This document shows positions 9,201-16,959 of a stretch of DNA of 64,000 nt, one piece after another; the stretch's first letter is position 1; each line of letters begins with the position of its first letter. Where the stretch lies: assembly GCA_018304465.1 (NCBI GenBank), contig JAGVWC010000009.1:96001-160000 (forward strand). The letters run 5' to 3'. Position numbers and translations under genes: made by a program. The DNA comes from Candidatus Iainarchaeum sp. (GTDB lineage Archaea > Iainarchaeota > Iainarchaeia > Iainarchaeales > JAGVWC01). The notes beneath the pieces are model-generated. The model ran no database searches. It was given only the letters and a program-made list of their open reading frames with translations, and was not told the DNA's origin.

Positions 9201-10860
9201 CAAGCGTGGTTTTGTAATCCTTCACGTCGCCGGCATCAAAATGGAAGTTACCGCTTTTGTTGAGTTTTTGGAAAATGATATCCGCGAAATCCGAGTCGAC
9301 GGCGGGCTGTACGTATTCTCCGAGCGTGTCTTCGCGTTTGACCGCGTACTTGGCCCAGTTCAAGGATTTGTGGTTTAATACCCATTCCGGAATATCAAGT
9401 CCCGTGACGTCATCGATTTCGTGGTAAATCTGACCCATTTTTCCCGCGGCGCGGATTCGCGCCTGGAGAAACGCGGGGTCAGCGGCTTTGAGTCCTTTGG
9501 TGGCCGCGGCGAGTTCTTGCTGGGCCAATTTGGATTCAAGATCGTACGATTTCGCGATTTTTCGCATATAGGCAATGTAATCATAGACTTTTCCTTTTTG
9601 TTCTTTGGTCGTGTATTTGGGAATCAGTTCCTTTTCGATGACCGGGTTCCATCCGGCGTTGAATCCGCCGCCTTGGATGACGAATTTTTTTTCAGAGATG
9701 ATATTGTCAAACGGCAAGGCTTCTTGCTGGATTCTGCGGTACTGGCGGTTGAGAATGTATCGCGAGTACAGTCCACCAGGTCGCGCGTACAGGCTTTTGA
9801 TGCGTTGCGCCAACGCGGTTTCCCCGATTTTAAAGAATGGTTGGCGGCTTCCGACGTAACCGAAGGCTTTTTTGGCCTGGTTGATCAGAGTGGGTCCGAA
9901 GCTTCCGATGAGCATGTCGGTGGAAATGTAGGCGTTGAATAATTTGTCAAACATGGAATAGGTATTGATGTAACACGCGGCGTTCGTGCAGTTCGAGTTC
10001 ATCGTGGCTTTGAAGGTTCCGGCGAGGATGCTGTTCGGAATCGGATTGCTTTCTTTTCGCTGGGCGATTTTGGCTTCGAGCACGTTGTTGTCTTTGGAGG
10101 CTTCGATGAGTTCGTTTCGCACGTACGCGGCTTCGCCGTCGCTTAATCCCGTGGGTTTGTAGTCTTCGTTGTCGGGTTTGGCAAAACTCCACAAATCGTT
10201 AAAAACGTTTTTGACGTTGGCGACCACACCGGCGCCGCTGTTTCGATAGGAAAGGCTTTGGCCCACGAGTCCGCAGCTGGTGTTGACGTCTTCGCATTTT
10301 CCGACGCGCAGCGTGTCGGTTAATTCGAGTCCGAACGCGAACGCGCCTTTGTTGAATTTGTTCAGACGGTGAACGATTTCCTCGGGATTGATTTTTTGTC
10401 CAGGAACGGTTTGTTTGATGGCGAGTTGTCCTTCCAAGTCCGGCAAAATCAAAGTATTTTGATCGATACTGTCCCGGTCCTTGTTCGGAGGCGTTCCAGA
10501 AGACATTTCTTTTCCGACGAATCCTTTACGCAAGGTTTCGTCCCAAAACCGGTTTCGCTCGCGCGGATCCAGCACGGTACTTGAGCAGGCGAATCCGTCG
10601 CGATTGGGGATTCCGTTTCCCGTCAAGTCGCGGGTATCGATGCGCTCCGTTGAATCGGGATCCGGGTTTACGGGAGAAGCGTTTGGATCGGTTTGGGCCC
10701 AGACCGAAATCGAAAACACGGTGTTTAGGAGCAAAATGATCAGGAACAAAGAATAAAGTTGTTTTTGCGCGCTCACGAAATCCACCGAATGACCGCCCAA
10801 CCGACGGCTACGTAATGAAGTATTTATTAAATTTAATAGTTTCGGAGTAGAAAAAGCCAT
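6253..10860 (-). CDS. Large secreted, C-terminally membrane-anchored surface protein (about 1510-1535 aa)
   Basis: Signal-peptide-like LFLIILLLNTVFSISVWA/Q; paired cysteines; C-terminal LPSLPTNP + TM + RFK; true start may be the GTG at 10785 because an AT-rich TATA-like tract lies at 10820-10838. Confidence 0.85.
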   Translation of the reverse strand: MAFSTPKLLNLINTSLRSRRLGGHSVDFVSAQKQLYSLFLIILLLNTVFSISVWAQTDPNASPVNPDPDSTERIDTRDLTGNGIPNRDGFACSSTVLDPRERNRFWDETLRKGFVGKEMSSGTPPNKDRDSIDQNTLILPDLEGQLAIKQTVPGQKINPEEIVHRLNKFNKGAFAFGLELTDTLRVGKCEDVNTSCGLVGQSLSYRNSGAGVVANVKNVFNDLWSFAKPDNEDYKPTGLSDGEAAYVRNELIEASKDNNVLEAKIAQRKESNPIPNSILAGTFKATMNSNCTNAACYINTYSMFDKLFNAYISTDMLIGSFGPTLINQAKKAFGYVGSRQPFFKIGETALAQRIKSLYARPGGLYSRYILNRQYRRIQQEALPFDNIISEKKFVIQGGGFNAGWNPVIEKELIPKYTTKEQKGKVYDYIAYMRKIAKSYDLESKLAQQELAAATKGLKAADPAFLQARIRAAGKMGQIYHEIDDVTGLDIPEWVLNHKSLNWAKYAVKREDTLGEYVQPAVDSDFADIIFQKLNKSGNFHFDAGDVKDYKTTLEHVGDKLVLYSPTPKGNMLAQVGRADIEGAASHGLHAGAFAKLDDGTMVPFQPQNVKYIIKKTAGDVQLFGGGYEKVREISAQEMSDILLGPRVSWRTGAWSRNSDTMLQWAREHNWQFRKHYASLLDQSMAYEDQIIKAYLSPKGGAKWTAYPFAFWGFKRGFGSEDLSLYQLPDTWKTLEITLGSTQIYNDAFVEFFANEGSDQGDIFVLFLNKLPWKMVLNKLSESYNPANDLFQSLTNNEMRSETGNLVTYVSGPSDCPNCGITLSTKNLKTFAPYFTAPDRLQTFILEDTPADQKDVGQTLIAFTRHTNLKGQTGDIEEGGINLEEAIRKKETCEEKVKALNANIPIIGSLLPGDASIGGALAFGENIGYMLFTWAGFLGSIVQQVLIAPQLQDCVDAQEGYFIHFFSPAPDKEKGKEANGELGTDKVANILKDGTDRVLDSLQGRDTTYPQNNTPDGRLPQPPTNDGSGTWASEATEDMRDRIESLVQNAETKDLVEAVIVSEGSNTGQFTGMHLFYLWTQGNAETNVSKYRTEGKELISDGNTTIENNFKDGKVRVNGKDVITNPDIARLPAENLQIPAYEYPNTLTKIGLPANSNEVIFLMDAQGDLIVLNREVLDCIKSGVLAQTGVPLNSEHLTEVFGPTEAIVTDTHPNIHPEPGARRIVAEGNPRKIAEGGSAKVEILANTFAIMTPTLGGTPDVGHLQSIQFRNGVIVYKPETNELIVWLKRNEKAILTQNDVTGLKATKTSSPNPETGCEEPALNLDVTGNSNNETSQYKAGLFNDSLDKMGPYKIFDTPSKRFVLYSKLENGACVPYFKVIDKATGETLVDQPIKSIEQTPTGVKITTADGKEHALDFSSENGRPILSYNGRPETLTSAQGENGAFWYDPDKGLWYTENAQLLPLLEAFKKNGISTQAGADGRVTSQASGNVLNLNVGGNDGLGFNLPSLPTNPVVLLLFVLALIGTIIAIRFKEFE

Positions 10861-10863
10861 CGT

Positions 10864-11397
10864 TTAGGCGAAATAGATCAAATAAATCGTTCCGGCCACT
10901 ACGTCGATTCCGATCGCGGGAAGCAAAAACAGTACCGCGACAATGCCGACGAAAACGCTTCCGAATACTCCGCCGGCAAACGAAACGATTTTGTTCGGAG
11001 TGCGTTTTTGAACGCTTTCGGAAATTGCCGTGCCGAGGAAAATAAACGGGAGCACCAAGGCGGACAACATGGCGGAAACGATTCCGACGCGGAGTACGGC
11101 CACGATAAACCGCAGTAATTCGTCGATAAACGACGGTCCGAGAGTTTCGGGAACCGCGCCTTGATTAAAATCCGCGCGTCCCAAAAAGAACGGAACGAAA
11201 TACACAAGCATTATTAATACGAAAAATAATATATACGTCGAAAAGACGGTGGCTTTGAGCCAGGAATGATCCTTGCTAAACGAGGCATGAATTTTTTTTC
11301 CGATGAATGCAAGAATGAATACGGGGATTCCTAAAAGAATGGTTTGCCGAACAAGATCCACGAAAGAAAAAACAATATTTTCCAGCAAGCCTGCCAT
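10864..11397 (-). CDS. Hypothetical integral membrane protein (about 4 TM)
   Basis: 177 aa with four hydrophobic stretches; directly upstream of the 1535-aa gene. Confidence 0.8.
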   Translation of the reverse strand: MAGLLENIVFSFVDLVRQTILLGIPVFILAFIGKKIHASFSKDHSWLKATVFSTYILFFVLIMLVYFVPFFLGRADFNQGAVPETLGPSFIDELLRFIVAVLRVGIVSAMLSALVLPFIFLGTAISESVQKRTPNKIVSFAGGVFGSVFVGIVAVLFLLPAIGIDVVAGTIYLIYFA

Positions 11398-11418
11398 GAA
11401 AGGATGAAGGGAAAAGAA

Positions 11419-11428
11419 CTATAAAAAG
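11419..11428 (-). promoter_or_regulatory. TATA box in the 41-bp divergent intergenic region
   Basis: CTTTTTATAG on the minus strand, 23-30 nt upstream of ATG 11397. Confidence 0.5.
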
Positions 11429-11438
11429 GTTGTGTTGA

Positions 11439-12323
11439 ATGGATTGGATTGGTCTTGGAATTTATTCGTACGCGCTGATTGGCGCGATGCCGTCGGGCTA
11501 CTTGACTTTAAAAATTCTTTTTGCCCGCGAGCTTGCCCAGCGTGACGTGATCAAGCGTCTGCAGTGGTCCGCGGTCACCGGAATCGGTTTTACTTTTACG
11601 TGCGGCGTGGTGGCGTACGGAGTGTCGTTTTTCTCGCCGTCCATTCCATTGGTTTCGGCGTTCGTGTACGCGACCTCGCTTGGGTTTTTGGGGCTAACAA
11701 TCGCCGCGGCGATCGCGAACGGGGTTTCGCATCGATCGGAATTCGCGTCAAAAGTTTCGTCCTTGAATCCGATCACGCCCAGTCCGCTTCCGTCGACCAA
11801 TCCCATGCCGGCTTCGTCGCCTTTAAGAAACGTTTCCGAACCGGAACCGATTCCGCTTCCATCCCGGGATGATTCGTTGTCGTTTGAATCCAACCGAAGC
11901 AGGCCGAAAAAAGAGTCTTCGATGCTGGATTCGTCCACTTCGATTCCGACCATGAAAAAAAGTCTTTTTTCCGAAAAAAAACCCGTGTTGCAATCACAGG
12001 AAAAATCCCTTGAAGACGAGTTTGCCAAGCTGACTCAAAAAGTGGAATTGGCGCTCACCGATACCGAAATTGCGCAAAAAAACCAGGCGGTTTCAAAACC
12101 CGTTGCTTCGGAACCCATCCGACCCCCGGTTCAAAAACAGGCGGCTTTCGGCGATTCATGGCAACCCGTAAAACCCAGTTTTGGTTCCACTGCAAAACCT
12201 TCGACGGACATGGATCGATCGCAAAAAGAATTGGATGAACAGGAAGCGGAATTGGAAAAATTAAAACAGGAACTTTCCCGCCGATTCAAATCCGAGGACG
12301 ATAAAAAAGGAGAATCCGCATAG
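11439..12323 (+). CDS. Membrane protein with 3 N-terminal TM helices, a Pro/Ser-rich disordered linker and a C-terminal coiled coil
   Basis: Hydrophobic first 95 aa; PITPSPLPSTNPMP linker; QKELDEQEAELEKLKQEL heptads. Confidence 0.8.
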   Translation: MDWIGLGIYSYALIGAMPSGYLTLKILFARELAQRDVIKRLQWSAVTGIGFTFTCGVVAYGVSFFSPSIPLVSAFVYATSLGFLGLTIAAAIANGVSHRSEFASKVSSLNPITPSPLPSTNPMPASSPLRNVSEPEPIPLPSRDDSLSFESNRSRPKKESSMLDSSTSIPTMKKSLFSEKKPVLQSQEKSLEDEFAKLTQKVELALTDTEIAQKNQAVSKPVASEPIRPPVQKQAAFGDSWQPVKPSFGSTAKPSTDMDRSQKELDEQEAELEKLKQELSRRFKSEDDKKGESA

Positions 12324-12331
12324 GAGTCAAG

Positions 12332-13054
12332 ATGGCCAACCAAACGCCACGACGATTGCGGCGGTTCGATCGTCAACATCAAAAAGAAGGGCTTGCGGGG
12401 GCACCGACTGATTTTTCTTCGGAAAAAACCGTTTCCGACGAATCCGCCCGACCACCGGGAACACGCGAATCGGAATTACGGTATTGGGACACGCGGGATT
12501 CGAAACTGGACGAATTGAGCCAAAGTCTTTTTGAGCAGCTTGAAAAAGACGCAAGCGAAGAAGGAACTTCCGTGCATGCGCACGCTCATTCGTCGCACGG
12601 AACCGAAAACCAGTTTCCTGCCGCAACGCCGCCCAAGACCGCCGAGAACCCGCCTCAAAAAGAATCGTTTTTGGAAGCGCGGCGCAAACGGCGCGAACAA
12701 GAACCCGTTTCTTCGCCGCCGGTATTGCCCCAAAACACGCCTCCGTCCCAGGGTATTCCCCCCATGGAACCCGTTTCTAAAAACCCGAAAGCCAAAATCG
12801 AAGCGCCGGCGCAAGTAACGCCGCCGGTCAGCGGAATGGATGTGAAGGATTTGTTCGGAAACGAGTCCACGGGCCCCGAAAAAAACGCGGCTGTCGAAGA
12901 CGAGTTGAAGAAACTGGAAAAAGAACTGGGTGCGTCCGAAAGCGGTTCGGAAACGCCTGCCGGGGATTTGGATTTACCCGATTTTTCGGATTTGTCACTT
13001 GAATCCGATTTGGAAAAAGCGAAAAAAGAATCCAAGAAAAAAAAACTGCCTTAA
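12332..13054 (+). CDS. Hypothetical, largely disordered Pro/Glu-rich protein
   Basis: 240 aa; GGAG RBS before ATG; low-complexity composition. Confidence 0.7.
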   Translation: MANQTPRRLRRFDRQHQKEGLAGAPTDFSSEKTVSDESARPPGTRESELRYWDTRDSKLDELSQSLFEQLEKDASEEGTSVHAHAHSSHGTENQFPAATPPKTAENPPQKESFLEARRKRREQEPVSSPPVLPQNTPPSQGIPPMEPVSKNPKAKIEAPAQVTPPVSGMDVKDLFGNESTGPEKNAAVEDELKKLEKELGASESGSETPAGDLDLPDFSDLSLESDLEKAKKESKKKKLP

Positions 13055-13881
13055 GGCGTCGCGTGTTTTTCGAATATCTTGTTGGTTTGCGCGCAAGCGC
13101 TCGCGGGAAAATCCGGCACGTCGGCTTCGCAGCAGCGAAGCGGTCCGAACACGTCGTTTGGGGATCCGGCTTGGTCCGGAAAGCTGGCGCTGGGCCACAC
13201 GATCAGATCCGCCTGGACGTTGCGGTATTTCAGGTCGCTTCCGGCTTGCGAAACGAGTAATTGGGAGCGGCCGCTGGTTTTGGATTTGTTCGAGATCGCG
13301 AACAACAAATTGTCCACGTCCGAAATGCTTTGCGGCCGGCAGAAAAAAAACGTGTGCCCCTGGTTTTCCACGATGACGTATCTTGGATCGGAGGCGTATC
13401 GGGGATCGGGATCATGCGTCACCGTGTACGTGCTTTTGTAGAATAAAAAAAACGGAAAGCTGTCCAGCGTGCTCGAACCGGTGGATGCGAGTTGTTCGGG
13501 CGGAATGTAAAAGTAAAACAGGTAGTCGTAGGCGGGCGCAAGCGGGATCATGGCGTTTTGAATGTTGTCGCGAAGCGCGTATGCGGTGCGGGAAAACGAT
13601 TCGTCGTCAAAATAATCTTCCTTGAGTCCGGCAAGCAAAAAATCGTTTTCTTTGGGGTTCGGATTGGTCATGTCGCGCGGAATCGTCGTGTAGAGAATGG
13701 TTTTGAGGGCGCTTGACGTGAATTCCTGGAGTTCTTTTTTTTGGACGTTTCGTTCGAGGTTTTCGCCGTAGAGAACCGAAAACGAGAACAAAAACGCGGA
13801 CAGCGTCGTTGCGATTATGAGAAAGTACATGGCGTCCGTGATCGCGGCTTGTCCTCGCTGTGAAAGCGGAATCAGCGCCAA
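13051..13881 (-). CDS. Pilin-like protein with class III signal peptide
   Basis: SQRG/QAAITDAMYFLIIATTLSAFLF; last gene of the pilus operon. Confidence 0.8.
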   Translation of the reverse strand: MALIPLSQRGQAAITDAMYFLIIATTLSAFLFSFSVLYGENLERNVQKKELQEFTSSALKTILYTTIPRDMTNPNPKENDFLLAGLKEDYFDDESFSRTAYALRDNIQNAMIPLAPAYDYLFYFYIPPEQLASTGSSTLDSFPFFLFYKSTYTVTHDPDPRYASDPRYVIVENQGHTFFFCRPQSISDVDNLLFAISNKSKTSGRSQLLVSQAGSDLKYRNVQADLIVWPSASFPDQAGSPNDVFGPLRCCEADVPDFPASACAQTNKIFEKHATP

Positions 13882-14381
13882 ACCGTCACCACCAGCATTC
13901 CGGTTTTGACGTCGCCGTCAAGGTTGACGGCCACGGGATACATGACGTTTTCGGGTTGTTGCGCCGCGAGATTGGTGAAAAACAAGGACTGGTCCGAGTT
14001 TTCGCAGAGAAATGGTTGTCCCTCAAATTCGATCATTTCCGCGACGTCTTCCGGTTCGCTGTCTTCGAATAGTTTGATGCGTTTGTAGCCGGAAGAATAA
14101 TCGCCCATGTTGTAAATCGCGGCGCGGAACTTGAAACTCGTGATGTTTAATGTTCTGCAGGCGGTTTCGAATTGGTCGTAATCATTGATGAGGCTGTCGC
14201 CTTTGAGGGTGGAACCGATTTTTAATTTGAGGAGTTTTTGATCGAATTTTTCCTGTCTTAAGTCGAATTGATTAAAGGTAAATCCCAGCGAAGCGAAAAA
14301 AACGAGTAACGCGAACGTGAGCGGGATCAAGGACGGCAAGTCGTCTCCGATGGACCCGAGGTACCCTTTTTTGTTCAGCAA
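13872..14381 (-). CDS. Pilin-like protein (class III-like signal)
   Basis: TTG start overlapping the upstream stop gives MLNKKG/YLGSIGDDLPSLIPLTFALLVFF; C-terminal LVVTVWR beta strand as seen in archaeal minor pilins. Confidence 0.7.
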   Translation of the reverse strand: MLNKKGYLGSIGDDLPSLIPLTFALLVFFASLGFTFNQFDLRQEKFDQKLLKLKIGSTLKGDSLINDYDQFETACRTLNITSFKFRAAIYNMGDYSSGYKRIKLFEDSEPEDVAEMIEFEGQPFLCENSDQSLFFTNLAAQQPENVMYPVAVNLDGDVKTGMLVVTVWR

Positions 14382-15046
14382 TTGTAAACGCCTCCGAGTC
14401 GCGTGCTTTTGATGCGGGCCACGGCGTAACCGTAATTGGTTTCGCATTGGTGGACGCGGGAACTACATGGAATCACGTACAAGTAGGTTTCGCCGTTATA
14501 GACTTCTTTGACGAGTTTGACCGCGTTTTCGGGCGGGGTCGGAGCCGCGACCGGGTTTAAGGTGACGAAAATGTTTCCAAGCGCGTCCGGCACGGGGATT
14601 TTTAACGCGGTGAGCGGATCTGTTGTTCCGGATCTGGCATCCCATTCGAATATCTGAATGTGCGCGTTCGTGACGATGCGTTGCGCGGATAGCACTTGGT
14701 TGTCTTTTTTGGTTCGGATTGAAAAAATCAGGGCGTTTGCGGGATCCGTTGAAAGGTCGGCCAGCACGTTTTCCTGGCTGTTGATCTGAAACAGGTAATA
14801 CAATTTGTTGCCTCCTTCGCTTCTTCCAAGCGTGTTGATGTACGGCGGCAATGTCAAGGTGACTTCGTGGCAGATGCTTGACGAATTAATGACGCCAAAG
14901 GCGTCTTCGGTGATCTGGGACAAGACGGTGTCGGCTTGTTGTTTTTCAAGGGATTGCGCGAGATAAAAAGCGAAGTAACTTCCGATGGCAAACAAGGCCG
15001 TGACCAAAATGAGCATGTTGAGTTTGGATAAAATGTAGTCGAGCAT
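14375..15046 (-). CDS. Pilin-like / pilus-associated protein with N-terminal TM
   Basis: ATG at 15046 (2 nt after the previous stop) gives MLDYILSKLNMLILVTALFAIGSYF..; the longer ORF-track start overlaps the upstream gene. Confidence 0.75.
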   Translation of the reverse strand: MLDYILSKLNMLILVTALFAIGSYFAFYLAQSLEKQQADTVLSQITEDAFGVINSSSICHEVTLTLPPYINTLGRSEGGNKLYYLFQINSQENVLADLSTDPANALIFSIRTKKDNQVLSAQRIVTNAHIQIFEWDARSGTTDPLTALKIPVPDALGNIFVTLNPVAAPTPPENAVKLVKEVYNGETYLYVIPCSSRVHQCETNYGYAVARIKSTRLGGVYNC

Positions 15047-15048
15047 GG

Positions 15049-15576
15049 TTATCGCTCCCGTACATACGCGCAGATATTGGGGAACGCGGAGTTGTTTCCG
15101 CTTTTGTTGACCAGCGTGTACGCGCCGCGCGGAATCGAATCCTTGAAATTGACGAGTTTGTATCCGTCGCGGTCCTGGCATGGAGACGACGTCAAAAATT
15201 GCGTGAGAACGGACGCGGATTCTAGGCAGATGAGTTCGCGCCAGTCCACGGCGTCGTATTCGAATAGAAGGCATTCGCGTTTGGTTCCGCCGCAGTAATA
15301 ATTGCACAGGGGTTCCGAGTTCAATACGCGTAGTTTGATGGATTCTTTTTTCTGGTCAAAACAGCCAGGTGGAAAAAAATTGAGTTGGGTGTCGGTTCCT
15401 TTGACGACTTCCTGAACCTTGCTTTTGAGTTCGCTTCCGCTGCGCTTGATTTCGGCTTTGCATTGTTCTTCCATCAGAACGTTCATGGCCGTGAACGCGA
15501 TCACGATGACGAATCCCATGATGATGACTGAAATGAGCACTTCAAATGGCGCGCTTTCTTGTCCGCGGTTTTTCAT
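15049..15576 (-). CDS. Cys-rich pilin-like protein with class III signal peptide
   Basis: MKNRG/QESAPFEVLISVIIMGFVIVIAF; GGAGG RBS upstream; 8 Cys. Confidence 0.85.
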   Translation of the reverse strand: MKNRGQESAPFEVLISVIIMGFVIVIAFTAMNVLMEEQCKAEIKRSGSELKSKVQEVVKGTDTQLNFFPPGCFDQKKESIKLRVLNSEPLCNYYCGGTKRECLLFEYDAVDWRELICLESASVLTQFLTSSPCQDRDGYKLVNFKDSIPRGAYTLVNKSGNNSAFPNICAYVRER

Positions 15577-15603
15577 TGGATTCCCTCCCACGGGAAGTTT
15601 TTT

Positions 15604-15777
15604 TCATTGGTTTGCGGCTTTGGTGTCTTTGATGAGTTGTTGGCTTTGTTTGAACATGGGTTTGACCACGGCAATCAGCAGTAATGCGGCGATAATGAGC
15701 ACGATAAGCATGTAGAGCGATCCCCATTCGCTTTGACAGCGTTTTTCGGACAGCAATCGTTTCAAACCGGTTTCCAT
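15604..15777 (-). CDS. 57-aa micro-pilin-like protein (absent from the ORF track)
   Basis: Translated by hand: METGLKRLLSEKRC/QSEWGSLYMLIVLIIAALLLIAVVKPMFKQSQQLIKDTKAANQ; AT-rich TATA-like tract at about 15800-15813. Confidence 0.75.
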   Translation of the reverse strand: METGLKRLLSEKRCQSEWGSLYMLIVLIIAALLLIAVVKPMFKQSQQLIKDTKAANQ

Positions 15778-15865
15778 GACTAATTAGAAGGCGTTTTGCC
15801 TATTTAATTATTACCAACGGCCTTTTGGAAAAAGACCGGCGAAAACGAAAGTATTCGCTTGGAAG

Positions 15866-15896
15866 CGGAAAAAAGAAAAAAGAAAGAAAAAAAGAC
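15866..15896 (-). terminator. Oligo-T archaeal terminator after the 179-aa pilin
   Basis: Minus strand reads GTCTTTTTTTCTTTCTTTTTTCTTTTTTCC immediately after the stop. Confidence 0.65.
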
Positions 15897-15898
15897 TT

Positions 15899-16438
15899 TT
15901 AGCGTGCGATGCGAAGCGAAATAATGCATACTTCGGCGTCAGCGACCGCGCTGGAAAAGTCGCACATGTCCATTTGGAGTTTGTCGCGCATATTCAGGGT
16001 ATCGAGCGTCGCGCCGAGTTCGGTTTCTCCGTAATCGCAGATCACGTCGATGCGGGCTTGCGCGGGAGAAGATCCTTTGTATCGCAGGGCTTTTCCGTCA
16101 GTAATGAATTCAAATCCGCGGTTATTCGTGGCAAAGTCGCCTAATGTAAGGCACAAGTCGTCGGCTTGGGGTCCGCCTTTGGCGGCTGCGGCGATTCCTT
16201 TGACGTTTAACGTGGTGTCAAAGTTGAATAGTGAGGTTCGACTGGATTTGATGTTGGACGGAGCGGTATAGGCGCCTTTGAGGGTTTCGGCGGCGGCCGT
16301 GGTCGGATCTTGTCCGACATTGAAAAACTTGGCCAAATCGAGTACTCCGAATAATACGCTTAGAATGGCAATGGCGACCACAGCGGCGATCAGTAGTTGG
16401 AAAACGCTGGAGCCTTGTCCTGTTTGGTTCAAAATCAT
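15899..16438 (-). CDS. Pilin-like protein, candidate major pilin
   Basis: MILNQTG/QGSSVFQLLIAAVVAIAILSVLF; own TATA box, GGTGA RBS and terminator; 4 Cys. Confidence 0.85.
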   Translation of the reverse strand: MILNQTGQGSSVFQLLIAAVVAIAILSVLFGVLDLAKFFNVGQDPTTAAAETLKGAYTAPSNIKSSRTSLFNFDTTLNVKGIAAAAKGGPQADDLCLTLGDFATNNRGFEFITDGKALRYKGSSPAQARIDVICDYGETELGATLDTLNMRDKLQMDMCDFSSAVADAEVCIISLRIAR

Positions 16439-16484
16439 GATTGGTTCACCGTCCGATTAATGCTGTATTAAGAATTCGGTTCCG

Positions 16485-16494
16485 ATATATAAAA
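16485..16494 (-). promoter_or_regulatory. TATA box upstream of the candidate major pilin
   Basis: TTTTATATAT on the minus strand about 50 nt above the ATG; GGTGA SD at 16446-16450. Confidence 0.6.
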
Positions 16495-16518
16495 CTGATG
16501 GGAAAGAAGGAAACCGTT

Positions 16519-16959
16519 CTAATTCGGTTTTAATCCGAATCCGATGCGGCAACACGTGTTACAACCGTTTAAGCATTGGGATGCGGGAGAACACAAGTAA
16601 TACACGTTCAGTTGGGTGTTTTGTTTGATGAGGACGACGCCAGGTTGGATCGAACTGATGGATTCGGTTTCGCGGGATTCCAGTTCGATGCATTCGGGTT
16701 CGAGGCCGCGCCGGCGGGCCAGTCCAACGGAAGAAAATTGTTCTCCCGCGCGAAACAGCAATTCGGGTTCGGTAATGACTTCGTTGGTTGGGGTCTGGAA
16801 CGCGCGGTCGAGAGTTTTTTCGAAGCGTTCTTTGCTTAACAGGAATTTTTCGTTTTCAAAGTATTGGATCAGACCGATGATGATCACCAAAATCGCGAGT
16901 CCCATGACGGCGGCGATCAAGATGTTGAAGGGTTCGAAGAATTGGCCTTTTGGATTCAT
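16519..16959 (-). CDS. Pilin-like protein with class III signal peptide
   Basis: MNPKG/QFFEPFNILIAAVMGLAILVIII; ATGA overlap with the platform stop; C-terminal CxxxxxCxxxCxxCC. Confidence 0.85.
   Translation of the reverse strand: MNPKGQFFEPFNILIAAVMGLAILVIIIGLIQYFENEKFLLSKERFEKTLDRAFQTPTNEVITEPELLFRAGEQFSSVGLARRRGLEPECIELESRETESISSIQPGVVLIKQNTQLNVYYLCSPASQCLNGCNTCCRIGFGLKPN

Noticed and set aside
15047-15307. N-terminal extension of ORF 14375..15307
   Set aside because: Overlaps the upstream pilin gene; the ATG at 15046 gives a proper N-terminal TM and translational coupling
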